Positions 46,531 through 56,482 of a stretch of 64,000 nucleotides of DNA are shown here, piece after piece. This DNA comes from an uncultured Nitrososphaerota archaeon. GTDB taxonomy: Archaea; Thermoproteota; Nitrososphaeria; Nitrososphaerales; Gagatemarchaeaceae. The stretch is taken from positions 352,001-416,000 of the forward strand of contig OY969807.1 of assembly GCA_963703285.1 (NCBI GenBank), given 5' to 3'. Position 1 is the first letter of the stretch; every line of letters begins with the position of its first letter. A program made the translations under genes and the position numbers. A model generated the notes under the pieces. That model was not told where the DNA came from. It saw nothing but the letters and a program-made list of their open reading frames with translations, and made no database searches.

Positions 46531-48168
46531 CTAGGCGGGCATCCTGACCTTCTCCGTCGTCTCCCGCCCTGACCGCGCTATGGCAGCCTTCATGAATGCG
46601 ACGAAGATGGGCTCGGGTGCCTCCGGCCTGCTCGTGTACTCCGGGTGGAACTGCGTCCCCATGAAGAACGGGTGGTCCTTCAACTCGAGTATCTCGGCCC
46701 TTCTTCCCCCATCGCTGAACGCTGAGAAGTGCATCCCGTTCTCCTCGAACCTCTGGGCGTAGCTCTGGTTGAGCTCGAATCTGTGCCGGTGCCTCCCCCT
46801 TATCGTCTTCTTGCCGTAGACGTCGAAGGCCATGCTCGGGCGGAGGATGGATATGTCGTGACCGCCCAGTCTCATCGTTCCGCCGAGGTCCGAGACCTGC
46901 CTCTGCTCTGGCAGGAGGTCAATCACCGGGTCGGGCGTCAGGGGGTCTATCTCCGTCGAGTTGGCCGCCCTGAGCCCCAGCACGTTCCGCGCGAACGAGA
47001 CTATCGAGAGCTGGAAACCGAAGCAGAGCCCCAGCAACGGTATATCGGCCTCCCTGGCGAAGTTCGCAGCCGCAATCTTGCCTTCTGTCCCCCGCTTTCC
47101 ATAGCCCTGCGGGAGCACCATCCCGTCCGCCGACTCGAGGACCTTCAGCCTCGAAGGTTCGTCCTCGAACTCCTCGGACTCTATCCACCGGATGTCCACT
47201 CCCACGTTCCTAGAAGCGGCGGCGTGGTGGAGCGCTTGGTTGACGCTGACGTAGCTGTCCATGAGCGTCACGTACTTGCCCACCATCGCAACCGTGACCG
47301 TATCCCGGAAGTCGACGAACCTCGACGCAGTCTGTTTCCAGCCGGCGAGGTCGGTCCTCCTGGGTCTCATTCCCAGGTGTGCGAAGACGGGCCTCAGGAC
47401 TCCCTCGTCGTACAGGATCTCGGGGACCCTGTATATCGAGTCGACGTCGGGGTCAGAGATGACGCTGTCCATGGGCACGCTCGTGAAGAGGGCTATCTTC
47501 TCCCGAGCCTCCTTGGGAAGCCTCTTCGTCCCCCTGACGAATATCAGGTCCGGCTGGATCCCGATGCGTCGCAGCTCCTGAACGCTGTGCTGGGTCGGCT
47601 TCGTCTTCATCTCGCCGACGACGTCGATTTGCGGGGCGAGCGTGACGTGGACGAAGAGCGTGTTCGCCTGGCCGTCCTCGAGCCTCATCTGCCTGAACGC
47701 CTCGATGAAGGGCTGGCTCTCTATGTCCCCTACCGTCCCCCCGCACTCGACCACGACAACCTGGGCCCCGCTCTTAGCGGCCACCTCCCGTATCCTCCGC
47801 TTGATCTCGTCCGTCACGTGGGGTATGATCTGGACGCACTTTCCAAGATACTTCCCCCTCCTCTCGTCCTCTATGACCTTCCTGTAGACCTGGCCTGTGG
47901 TAAGGTTGTTCTCCTTGCTCACGTCGACGTTGAGGAACCTCTCGTAGTTGCCGAGATCCATGTCTGCCTCGCCTCCGTCGTCTGTCACGAAGACCTCGCC
48001 GTGGGCGATGGGGTTCATCGTCCCTGCGTCGAAGTTGAGGTACGGGTCGATCTTCATGCAGGTGACCGTAAGGCCCGAGAGCTGCAGCAGCTTCGCGAGT
48101 GACGATGACGTGATACCCTTTCCGAGGCCCGACATCACCCCGCCGGTAACAAAAACGTACTTCGGCAT
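46531..48168 (-). CDS. pyrG: CTP synthase
   Basis: [46 protein letters not shown]. Confidence 0.97.
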   Translation of the reverse strand: MPKYVFVTGGVMSGLGKGITSSSLAKLLQLSGLTVTCMKIDPYLNFDAGTMNPIAHGEVFVTDDGGEADMDLGNYERFLNVDVSKENNLTTGQVYRKVIEDERRGKYLGKCVQIIPHVTDEIKRRIREVAAKSGAQVVVVECGGTVGDIESQPFIEAFRQMRLEDGQANTLFVHVTLAPQIDVVGEMKTKPTQHSVQELRRIGIQPDLIFVRGTKRLPKEAREKIALFTSVPMDSVISDPDVDSIYRVPEILYDEGVLRPVFAHLGMRPRRTDLAGWKQTASRFVDFRDTVTVAMVGKYVTLMDSYVSVNQALHHAAASRNVGVDIRWIESEEFEDEPSRLKVLESADGMVLPQGYGKRGTEGKIAAANFAREADIPLLGLCFGFQLSIVSFARNVLGLRAANSTEIDPLTPDPVIDLLPEQRQVSDLGGTMRLGGHDISILRPSMAFDVYGKKTIRGRHRHRFELNQSYAQRFEENGMHFSAFSDGGRRAEILELKDHPFFMGTQFHPEYTSRPEAPEPIFVAFMKAAIARSGRETTEKVRMPA

Positions 48169-48219
48169 ATAGTCACCCCAATCATCAAGTATATTGGCTT
48201 TGTTGTCGAGGAGGTTCGC

Positions 48220-49260
48220 TCTGTTATCCTGAAATTGGTTCACCCCCTTGCCATCAAGATTAGAGCGAGGTGGGTATGGAACAGGGGAAGACGCTTCTAC
48301 GTCTACATGAAGCTCGATCCCATCAAAGTAGCGTGGATCGTCAGGCAGAAGGAGGACGGGATGAGGAACTCCGCGATAGCGAGCTCGATGGGGGTCTCGG
48401 TGAGGAGGGTCCAGGAGCTCTACGCGTCCTATCGCACGACAGGTGCGATACCAGAGCTGAAGAGGCCGGGAAGGAAGCGCGTCGAGGCGACTGAACAAGA
48501 GTCGAAGGTCGTCGCAGAGGCCTACGCAAGGCACAGGGCGGGAGCGGTCGTCCTCGAGCGCGTCATCGAGGTTAACTACGCGACGCACATACCTCACAAC
48601 CGCATCCACAGGGTGATGAGGTCGATGGGACTCGCGAGGGACGAACCGAGGAAGCAGAGGAGGAGGAAGTGGGTACGATACGAGAGGAAGTACTCGAACT
48701 CGCTCTGGCACACGGACTGGACCCTCATCGAGGGTATGGGATGGCTCATCGCATACCTTGACGATGCCTCAAGGTTCATCGTCGGGTACGGGTTGTTCCC
48801 CGAGGCGACGTCGGAGCACGCCGTGGAGGTGCTGAAGGAAGCCATCAAGAAGCACGGGAAGCCCGCCTCGATCCTCACGGACAGGGGAATACAGTTCTAC
48901 GCCGTGGAGGCTGGCGACAGGCTGAGGGGGCTGACGGCGTTCGAGAAGTACCTCATCGAGAGCGAGATCAGGCAGGTCCTATCGAGGGTGTCACACCCGC
49001 AGACCAACGGGAAGGTGGAACGTTTCTTCAGGACGGTCAAGGACAAGCGCCGATTCTTCGGCAGCATCGACGAGCTGATGGAGTGGTACAACGTGACGAG
49101 ACCGCACATGTCGCTGAACCTGGACGTCATCGAGACCCCTTACCAGGCATACCTGAGGAAGATGCCCGACAAGGAAGGGATGGTGACGGACGAGGAATCG
49201 GGAGAGACATACCATGCCCAGAAGAGCTAGAAAGGGGCGAACTCATTTCGGGATAGCACA
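48220..49260 (+). mobile_element. IS481-family-like insertion sequence with ~27-bp imperfect TIRs and a 15-bp target duplication
   Basis: IRL TGTTATCCTGAAATTGGTTCACCCCTT vs IRR(rc) TGCTATCCCGAAATGAGTTCGCCCCTT; GTCGAGGAGGTTCGC at 48205-48219 and 49261-49275. Confidence 0.9.
48307..49230 (+). CDS. DDE (rve) transposase, IS481-like
   Basis: HTH, LWHTDW, LDDASR, LTDRGIQF, HPQTNGKVERFFRT, YN..RPH.SL. Confidence 0.93.
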   Translation: MKLDPIKVAWIVRQKEDGMRNSAIASSMGVSVRRVQELYASYRTTGAIPELKRPGRKRVEATEQESKVVAEAYARHRAGAVVLERVIEVNYATHIPHNRIHRVMRSMGLARDEPRKQRRRKWVRYERKYSNSLWHTDWTLIEGMGWLIAYLDDASRFIVGYGLFPEATSEHAVEVLKEAIKKHGKPASILTDRGIQFYAVEAGDRLRGLTAFEKYLIESEIRQVLSRVSHPQTNGKVERFFRTVKDKRRFFGSIDELMEWYNVTRPHMSLNLDVIETPYQAYLRKMPDKEGMVTDEESGETYHAQKS

Positions 49261-49464
49261 GTCGAGGAGGTTCGCGGGCCGAGCCCTCAGCTCCATTAAC
49301 CTCTCACACTTGGCTCCCTCAAGCCCTCTCCAAACACGAGCCGGCCAGGCGCAGCAATTGACCATGCGGTTCGAAGACGCATGCTGCATGCGCCGACACC
49401 GACATATCAACTGGTGCCCGGCGGTGCAGGAAAGGATAATATGATTGCGCTCATTCGCGTAGGC

Positions 49465-50517
49465 ATGTTAATACTAAATGCGCGAAGTTTATTAACACGA
49501 CCCTGCCCGTCTACCAACGCGCGTAGACAATCCATAGTCCTAGTCGCCGTCGCTCTGGCCGTGATAATCGTGGTGGGTACGGGCGCAGGCTTCTACCTCG
49601 CGGGTAAGCCGGGAGCCTCTCCGTCAACGAGTTCGAGTGCGCCCATCCAGGTGGTCGCCGCCGAGAACTTCTGGGGCAGTCTTGTTTCGCAGCTCGGCGG
49701 TGTCCATGTCAACGTGACGAGCATCGTCTCCGATCCCAACACGGACCCGCACACGTACGAGGCAAACCCGGCGAACGGCATAGCTATCACCAACGCCCAG
49801 TTCGTGATCGTCAACGGCGCTGGCTACGACACCTGGGCGCTCGACATCCTGGCGGCCGAGAACACACCGGGTCAGGTCGTGCTGAACGTCCAGGAACTCA
49901 TCAACCAGTCGGTGGACGCGAACCCGCACTTCTGGTACAGCCCGTACTACGTGAACGACACGGTGGCGGCCATGTACAAGGACCTCGTCAAGATCGCCCC
50001 GGCGGACAAGCCCTACTTCACCCAGCAGTACGCCAGTCTAAACGCGTCGCTCTGGCAGTCTTACATGGCTCAGGAAGCATACATCAGGCAGAACTTCGGA
50101 GGCGTCACGACCCTGGCGCCAGACGGATCGCAGGACTACTGCACCGGAAAGTGCACGCCGGTGGCATCCACGGAGAGTATCTTCCTCTACATGGCAAACG
50201 CCACGGGCCTCCTCGTCGTCTCTCCGAGCGCGTTCATGTCTTCGGTGGCCGAGGGGAACGACCCTCCAGCGCAGAGCGTTGCCCAGTTCGAGAACCTCCT
50301 CGCCGGCGGGAACACAACCGTCAGGGTGCTCGTGTACAACGAGCAGACGGTCACGCCACTCACCCAGACTATCAAGGCCATGGCCGCCGAGAATCAGATT
50401 CCATTCATCGGCGTCACCGAGACGATACAGCCCGTGAACTACACCTTCCAAGCCTGGATGCAGGGCGAGCTCGCAAGCCTGACGAACGCTCTCAACGCTG
50501 AGGCTCTGGGTCAGTAG
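49465..50517 (+). CDS. Zn/Mn ABC transporter substrate-binding protein (start uncertain)
   Basis: N-terminal TM anchor, VVAAENFWG, DPHTYE, NPHFWY. Confidence 0.88.
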   Translation: MLILNARSLLTRPCPSTNARRQSIVLVAVALAVIIVVGTGAGFYLAGKPGASPSTSSSAPIQVVAAENFWGSLVSQLGGVHVNVTSIVSDPNTDPHTYEANPANGIAITNAQFVIVNGAGYDTWALDILAAENTPGQVVLNVQELINQSVDANPHFWYSPYYVNDTVAAMYKDLVKIAPADKPYFTQQYASLNASLWQSYMAQEAYIRQNFGGVTTLAPDGSQDYCTGKCTPVASTESIFLYMANATGLLVVSPSAFMSSVAEGNDPPAQSVAQFENLLAGGNTTVRVLVYNEQTVTPLTQTIKAMAAENQIPFIGVTETIQPVNYTFQAWMQGELASLTNALNAEALGQ

Positions 50518-50560
50518 CGGTGGCATTCACATATAACCCCCAAGGGCCGTTGCGATTTCA

Positions 50561-51355
50561 GTGTCTTCTAGCCTCATAAGCGCCCAGAACCTTGCCGCGG
50601 GCTACAGGGACAAGACCGTCTGGCGCGGCGCGAACTTCGAGTTCGGTCGCGGAGAGTTCGTCGCCGTGATAGGTCCCAACGGCGCGGGAAAGACGACGCT
50701 CTTCCGTCTGCTGCTCGGTCTGCAGCCCCCCATGGGAGGATCGCTGAGAGTCTTCGAAGGACCACCCAGGCGGGGAAGCCCACGGATAGGCTACGTGCCG
50801 CAGCGACACGTGATAGACAGCGACACGAGAATAGAAAGTTTGGAGCTCGTGCGGCTGGGGCTCTCGGGCATGAGGTGGGGTTTCAACCCGAACCCCTTCT
50901 CAGGCAGCGAGCGCGATGCGGGCTTGGGGGTCCTCGAAAGGGTAGGCGCGACGGAGCTGGCCCATCGTCCCCTGGGCGCGCTGTCCGGGGGGGAGCTGCA
51001 GCGGATATTCCTCGCCGAGGCCCTGGTGAGCAAGCCGGACATACTCCTGCTCGACGAGCCCCTTTCAAACCTCGACATGAGGCGGGAGACCGACCTGCTG
51101 CACCAGGTCAACAGCGTCGTGCGCACCCAAGGGGTGACTGCTCTGCTGATAGCCCACAACATCAACCCGCTGCTGCCCCACCTCGACAAGGTCATGTACA
51201 TAGCGAACGGGAAGGTCGCCACTGGGAAGCCCAGCGAGGTCCTGACGTCCGAGAGCCTAACGAGGCTGTACGGTATCCAGGTCGAGGTGCTCCGCGACCC
51301 GCACGGCAACGTCGCGATCGTCGGGGTCGAAGAACACCACGGTGACATGCAATGA
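50561..51355 (+). CDS. Zn/Mn ABC transporter ATPase
   Basis: GPNGAGKTT, GYVPQ, LSGGELQR, LLLDEP. Confidence 0.93.
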   Translation: MSSSLISAQNLAAGYRDKTVWRGANFEFGRGEFVAVIGPNGAGKTTLFRLLLGLQPPMGGSLRVFEGPPRRGSPRIGYVPQRHVIDSDTRIESLELVRLGLSGMRWGFNPNPFSGSERDAGLGVLERVGATELAHRPLGALSGGELQRIFLAEALVSKPDILLLDEPLSNLDMRRETDLLHQVNSVVRTQGVTALLIAHNINPLLPHLDKVMYIANGKVATGKPSEVLTSESLTRLYGIQVEVLRDPHGNVAIVGVEEHHGDMQ

Positions 51356-52242
51356 GCGGATGCCCACTCGTTCCCTTCAGTCCAAACATCATCGCCGACC
51401 TGCTGCACATGACGTGCTTCCAGTTCATGCGAGACGAGTTCGCGGCGGGGATACTCACCTCGATCTTCGCGGGTGTCACCGGCTACTTCGTGGTCCTCCG
51501 CCGGTCGGCCTTCGTGGCGCACGCCTTCTCCGAGATAGGGTTCGCAGGAGCGGCCGGAGCGGTCCTCTACGGCATTCCACCCATCGGAGGTCTCCTCCTG
51601 GGGTCAACCCTCGGCGCGCTGGCGATAGCTGCGCTCGGCCGCCGGGCGACCAACCGCGACACCCAGATCGGGATAGTCCTCGCCTTCTCGCTCGGCTTGG
51701 GGCTCCTATTCATCAGCCTGTACACAGGCGGCTACGCCCAGGCAGCGTACTCAATCCTCTTTGGGGAGATCGAAGGGGTCAGCGCTGGCCAAGTCTACCT
51801 CACAGCCGGTGCGTGCGTGGGAATCCTCGCCGTAGTCGGCTTGCTCTACCGCCCGCTGCTCTTCGCGTCGCTGGACGAGGACGTAGCAGAGGCGAAGGGG
51901 ATGCCGATGTTCCTTCTGGGCACTGTGTTCATGCTCGTCGTTGCAGTGGCCGTTTCGTTCGCAGTCCAGGTCACCGGCGTGCTGCTCATATTCTCGCTCA
52001 TGGTCACGCCCGCGGCTACGGCGCAGTATCTCTCGCGGAAGGCGAGATGGGCAATCCTCATCTCGGTGGGAATCGCCCTCCTGGCGACGGTCGTGGGCGT
52101 CTTCGTCTCGTTCTACACCCAGCCTCCTGTGAGCTTCTACATAACGGGCATAGTGTTCGCCCTCTACATCCTTGTCAGGTTGACGAGCTGGGCAACGACA
52201 TCAAGAAAGCTCTCGGCAAGAGTGCTGCAGACTGGCTGCTGA
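51352..52242 (+). CDS. Zn/Mn ABC transporter permease
   Basis: GYFVVLRR..F.AHA.SE..F.G, ILFG, GVLLIFSLMVTPAA. Confidence 0.92.
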   Translation: MSGCPLVPFSPNIIADLLHMTCFQFMRDEFAAGILTSIFAGVTGYFVVLRRSAFVAHAFSEIGFAGAAGAVLYGIPPIGGLLLGSTLGALAIAALGRRATNRDTQIGIVLAFSLGLGLLFISLYTGGYAQAAYSILFGEIEGVSAGQVYLTAGACVGILAVVGLLYRPLLFASLDEDVAEAKGMPMFLLGTVFMLVVAVAVSFAVQVTGVLLIFSLMVTPAATAQYLSRKARWAILISVGIALLATVVGVFVSFYTQPPVSFYITGIVFALYILVRLTSWATTSRKLSARVLQTGC

Positions 52243-52320
52243 TTCGAAGAGAATGGAGCCGCGACTTTTCAGGGCCGTTCGTGCATGGCCACGGCACTAA
52301 AAAAATTGAAAACGAAAGGG

Positions 52321-52343
52321 TAGACGGAACGAAGTTCCGTCTA
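52321..52343 (-). terminator. Perfect 10-bp hairpin downstream of the TRAM gene
   Basis: TAGACGGAAC-GAA-GTTCCGTCTA with minus-strand T-tracts further downstream (~52299-52312). Confidence 0.55.
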
Positions 52344-52368
52344 ATGCTGGGAGACCGACCGTCTCGGT

Positions 52369-52635
52369 CTACATTGTTGTTGCTTCTACCTTAGTGGCGC
52401 TGGCGAACCGTGGGCCGACTTGCGTGATCTTGATCTTGGTCTTCTCACCCTGCTTGCCTCCCGCCACAAAGATGACAAAACCGTCGATCTTGGTCACTCC
52501 ATCGCCCCGTCTGCTCGTCTCGGTAATGGTGACTTCGTACTCCTTTCCGACTTCCACTGGCTTGGGTCCGTTGCTTGATGGGCCGCTGCCAAAGCGAGAT
52601 CGTCCGTAACCACCTCCGCCTTGTCCGTAACTCGT
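52369..52635 (-). CDS. Single-TRAM-domain RNA chaperone (probable ACG start)
   Basis: SYGQGGGGYGRSRFG...PKPVEVGKEYEVTI...RGDGV.KIDGFVIFV. Confidence 0.85.
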   Translation of the reverse strand, partial: TSYGQGGGGYGRSRFGSGPSSNGPKPVEVGKEYEVTITETSRRGDGVTKIDGFVIFVAGGKQGEKTKIKITQVGPRFASATKVEATTM

Positions 52636-52758
52636 TCTTCTTTCACTTCCTAGTGTACGACACTGCTACCCACCCTATTATGACCCGTATTAAATCTGCC
52701 GAGCCGCACTCTCGAGGCATGAGAAACACGTAATAGGGATGCTTTTTACCGACCTTTC

Positions 52759-52899
52759 ATGTCAACAAACGAGAGTTCGATTAAAACTTACACCCTATGC
52801 AACCGCCACGCGATTCGGATGGTAGAGGTGGCTCCGGGCCGTCTGGAGTGTCCCGTCTGCGCCCAGTCTGAGGGCACCCGACGCAGATACCGCAGATAG
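52759..52899 (+). CDS. Small zinc-ribbon protein (46 aa), absent from the ORF track
   Basis: MSTNESSIKTYTLCNRHAIRMVEVAPGRLECPVCAQSEGTRRRYRR: CxxH...CxxC; divergent from TRAM. Confidence 0.55.
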   Translation: MSTNESSIKTYTLCNRHAIRMVEVAPGRLECPVCAQSEGTRRRYRR

Positions 52900-53041
52900 T
52901 CGCGGGTACGATAGGATTCGGGTTTAAGGATCGGGGCGCGCCCGAGCCCTTCACAGGCCATTCTCCCACCCCAAAAGGTCGAAGAGTTCCGGACCGTGGA
53001 CTGCCGTCTGCCCACCGGGGGGTCGGTCGTTCCTCGCCGCT

Positions 53042-54034
53042 CTAGTCGTCGAACTTGTAGGTGGGCAGCGAGAGGTCCGAGACGTCAACGAAAGCCTTCG
53101 AGATCCTCTCGAGGAGGCCCAGAAGGTCCACCACGGCGCTCGTCGGGATCCTCCCCTCCTGTGCTATGCTCCGGAGCCGCGCCATGACGTCCTGGTGCAT
53201 CGAATCGATGAGGAGGTACCCCTTCCTGCTGCGCCCGCTCTTCCTGCCCAGGAAGCTGCCGAGGGACGTCTCCTCCATCTCCTCCAGGGTCATGAGCACT
53301 TGGGCGGTCTCTTCGACCGCCATGAATCCCGGCAACTCCCTCGCAGCCCTTGTCGAGAACTCTCCTATGGTGTCCCCAAGGCCCTCGATGAAACTGGCGA
53401 GCACCCTGTAGTCGAGGCACTCCACCGGCGTCAGGCCGTATCCTCGTGCGACCTCCGGGTCGACGGTGGCGCTCCTGATCGCCCTTACCAGCAGGAAATA
53501 GAGCCTGTCCACCTCGTCGTCCCTCTCAGAGATGAGGGTCATCATCTTGCCGTCCCCGCCTACGAGGGCCTCCCTCGCGTCCCTGAGCATCGCCTTCGTC
53601 AGGCTTGCCATCCTCCGTACCATCTTCTCGGGGTCGAGCGTGGAAGGCTCGGGTAGGAACTGGAGCGTGAGGCTCTTGGAATCTTCGTCCATAATCTCCA
53701 GCCCGACGAGGCGCCGGATGACCGCCTTGATCTTCTCCCAATCCTCCCTTGAGATGGCCTGGCTTCCCTCGATCTTTATGACGTCGTTTCCAATCAGGTA
53801 GGCTCCCGTGATGTCGTTGATGACGTACGAGAGGTTATCCCTTGGATAGGCTATCTTGGTGGTCTTGGGCGCCTGCTCTTCAGTCCCGACCGGGCTGACC
53901 ATGAGCCTGCTCGGGGACACCTCCTCGACGAGCACCGACGCGCCCCTCAGGACGTTGTTCCTCCGCGCCCACTTCTTGGGCAGGGAAATCAGTACAGTTC
54001 CTCCGCCCATCTCCAGGACCTTCCTCGTGTCCAT
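53042..54034 (-). CDS. AbrB-PhoU family regulator
   Basis: RKVLEMGGGTVLISLPKKWA AbrB domain; RDDEVDRLY PhoU domain. Confidence 0.9.
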   Translation of the reverse strand: MDTRKVLEMGGGTVLISLPKKWARRNNVLRGASVLVEEVSPSRLMVSPVGTEEQAPKTTKIAYPRDNLSYVINDITGAYLIGNDVIKIEGSQAISREDWEKIKAVIRRLVGLEIMDEDSKSLTLQFLPEPSTLDPEKMVRRMASLTKAMLRDAREALVGGDGKMMTLISERDDEVDRLYFLLVRAIRSATVDPEVARGYGLTPVECLDYRVLASFIEGLGDTIGEFSTRAARELPGFMAVEETAQVLMTLEEMEETSLGSFLGRKSGRSRKGYLLIDSMHQDVMARLRSIAQEGRIPTSAVVDLLGLLERISKAFVDVSDLSLPTYKFDD

Positions 54035-54210
54035 AGAACTATAGAGTTCTCTATATTATTTATAGGTTGTCTTGATATGCGCTCCGGTCCACGGCGCCTT
54101 GGTAGTCTAGGCCAATGGCACGCGCCGCGAGTGTCGTAAACTATGAACGCGAAGATGGCAGTGACCCTCGGGTCTCGCCCCGTGCAAAGCGACCACGGCT
54201 GACTGGAGAG

Positions 54211-55488
54211 ATGAACAAGCGGGACCCGCTCAAGGACATACAGTCGACGCGCGGCAGGGACCTGGAGGGCAAGAGGATAGTCCTCGGAGTGACCGGAAGC
54301 GTCGCCTCGGTCGAGGTACCGCAGCTGGCGCGCGAGCTAATCAGGCACGGGGCCGATGTCACCGCGGTCATGACGCCCGCGGCCGAGAGGCTGATACGCG
54401 CCGACCTCTTGGAGTGGGCGACGGGGAACCCAGTCATCCGGGAACTGACCGGGAGGGCTGAGCACGTGAGGCTGCTAAGCGAGTCTCCGGGACGGGCCGA
54501 CCTGCTGCTCGTGGCACCCTGCACGGCCAACACCATCTCGAAGATCGCCCTTGGCATAGACGATACGCCCGTCACGACGTTCGCGTCGATGGCCATAGGG
54601 AACGGAGTGCCTGTACTCGTCTGCCCGGCCGCTCACGAGCCCATGTATCGGAACATAGCCGTGTTGGAGAACACAAAGCGACTGAGGGCGATGGGGGTCG
54701 AGGTCGTCGAGCCGAGGATTGAAGAGGGAAAGGCGAAGATCGCGGACAGACAGTCGATAGTCCTGGCAGTGTTGAGGCGGCTAGCAAGGAAGGACCTGGA
54801 GGGAAGGAGGATCCTGGTCTCAGGAGGTCCCACCTTGGAGTTCATCGACCCTGTGAGGGTGATAACGAACCTCAGCTCGGGGAAGACGGGGCTGGACATC
54901 GCCATCGAGGCGTGGAGAAGGGGCGCATCGGTCTCGTACGTCTACGGCGGGAGCCTCGCCCCCCCGCCTTTCGTCACCTCGCGCAGGATAGTCACAACCG
55001 AAGAGATGTCCGAGGCGGTCCTGGGCGAGCTGAACTCCAAGCGATTCGACGTCTTCATCTCCGCCGCCGCTCCTGCGGACTTCACGCCGCTGAAGGGCGC
55101 GAGAACCAAGATACCTACCAAGCTCGGAAGCCTATCGCTCGAACTAAAGCCGACGCGCAAGATAATCCGGGAGGTGAGGACGGGGTTTCCGGAGCTCTTT
55201 GTGGTCGCCTTCAAGGCCGAGACGGTCGGTTCCCCCAAGGAACTCGAAGCTGTCGCGAAGGCATATCTCGCGGAATCGAAGGCAGACATGGTCGTCGCCA
55301 ACGACGTTTCCGGTGGAGCTGGGTTCGGCTCTGACTACAACGAGCTGGTCATCGTGACCAAGCGGAGAACGGTCCACCTCGCGAGGGACCTGAAGACCAA
55401 CCTCGTGGGGAGGCTGCTCGAAGAAGTCGCCTCGGAGATACGGAGGAAGAGAAAGGTCGCTGTGAAGGTCTCAGCGAAGGCTGGCTGA
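54211..55488 (+). CDS. coaBC: Bifunctional phosphopantothenoylcysteine decarboxylase/synthetase
   Basis: GVTGSVA, APCTANTISK, PAAHEPM, GGPT.E.IDPVR.ITN.SSGK.G, VVAND. Confidence 0.95.
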   Translation: MNKRDPLKDIQSTRGRDLEGKRIVLGVTGSVASVEVPQLARELIRHGADVTAVMTPAAERLIRADLLEWATGNPVIRELTGRAEHVRLLSESPGRADLLLVAPCTANTISKIALGIDDTPVTTFASMAIGNGVPVLVCPAAHEPMYRNIAVLENTKRLRAMGVEVVEPRIEEGKAKIADRQSIVLAVLRRLARKDLEGRRILVSGGPTLEFIDPVRVITNLSSGKTGLDIAIEAWRRGASVSYVYGGSLAPPPFVTSRRIVTTEEMSEAVLGELNSKRFDVFISAAAPADFTPLKGARTKIPTKLGSLSLELKPTRKIIREVRTGFPELFVVAFKAETVGSPKELEAVAKAYLAESKADMVVANDVSGGAGFGSDYNELVIVTKRRTVHLARDLKTNLVGRLLEEVASEIRRKRKVAVKVSAKAG

Positions 55489-55612
55489 TCAGCCGCCCCG
55501 GCGCCGGGGTTGAGTGGTAGAAATGCAGCGCGACGTGCTAGTTCGAGCTTCACGAGCCCGCTGCCTCGGACACTTGTGCAGCAGGGGCAGGCGACCACCG
55601 AGTCGGTCTTCG

Positions 55613-56482
55613 TCAGTTAACCGGTCTTCGTGCGCTCAATAGCCTCTGAGCCTCCCCAGGGTCCATGTGGAAGGTGTGCTCTTCCCCCGGGAAGGCCCCG
55701 GAGGTGACTTCCTTCGCGTACGATTCGATTGCCCCCTGTATCTCCGCGGAGAGGTCCAGGTACTTCTTCGCGAACCTGGGCGTGAACCTATCGAACAGCC
55801 CGAGCATGTCGTGGATGACGAGTATCTGGCCGTCGCAGGCCCCGCCTGCGCCTATACCTATCGTGGGGACTTCAACGGAGTCCGTTATCAGCTTCGCAGT
55901 CTCGGATGCCGTCATCTCGAGCACTATCGCGAACACGCCCGCCTCCTCGAGCGCCCTGGCGTCCTCAACCAGCGCGGTCGCGGCCGCTGCCGTTCTGCCC
56001 TGTACCCGGTAGCCTTCGGCTGTGGGCGTCGTCTGCGGGGTGAAACCTATGTGGCCCATAACGGGGATCCCCGCTCTGGTCAGGGCGCGAACGGTAGGGG
56101 CGAAGTCGACACCCCCCTCGATCTTGACAGCGTCCATCCCTCCCTCCTTCACCATGCGCGCCGCGTTGTGCACGGCCTCTTCGATGCTCTCCTGAAACGA
56201 CATGAAAGGCATGTCGGCCACGAGGAGGGGCCTCTTGGCTCCCCTCGAGACGGCGGAAGACATGAGGATCATCTCCTCCATCTTCACCGGCCTGGTGTCG
56301 CGATATCCGAGAGTGACCATCCCTCCCGAGTCGCCCACCAGGATGATATCGACTCCCGCCCTCTCCGCCAGGGTGGCCGTGGGGTAGTCGTAGGCCGTGA
56401 TAGAGACTATCCTCTTCGCCTCTCCGTTCTTCGACGGCTTACGACCACGGATGTCCGCTATCGTGACCTTGTGCTCGGTCAT
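55613..56482 (-). CDS. panB: 3-methyl-2-oxobutanoate hydroxymethyltransferase
   Basis: ITAYD, ILVGDS, ADMPF, VKIEGG, MGHIG.TPQ, IGIGAG..CDGQILV. Confidence 0.96.
   Translation of the reverse strand: MTEHKVTIADIRGRKPSKNGEAKRIVSITAYDYPTATLAERAGVDIILVGDSGGMVTLGYRDTRPVKMEEMILMSSAVSRGAKRPLLVADMPFMSFQESIEEAVHNAARMVKEGGMDAVKIEGGVDFAPTVRALTRAGIPVMGHIGFTPQTTPTAEGYRVQGRTAAAATALVEDARALEEAGVFAIVLEMTASETAKLITDSVEVPTIGIGAGGACDGQILVIHDMLGLFDRFTPRFAKKYLDLSAEIQGAIESYAKEVTSGAFPGEEHTFHMDPGEAQRLLSARRPVN

Noticed and set aside
48169-48711. N-terminal extension making PyrG 726 aa
   Set aside because: Artefact of an open frame running antisense into the IS; the canonical [10 protein letters not shown] start is at 48168.
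52900-53040. Possible SRP or RNase P RNA in this intergenic gap
   Set aside because: The conserved SRP helix-8 and RNase P P4 motifs were not found on either strand.
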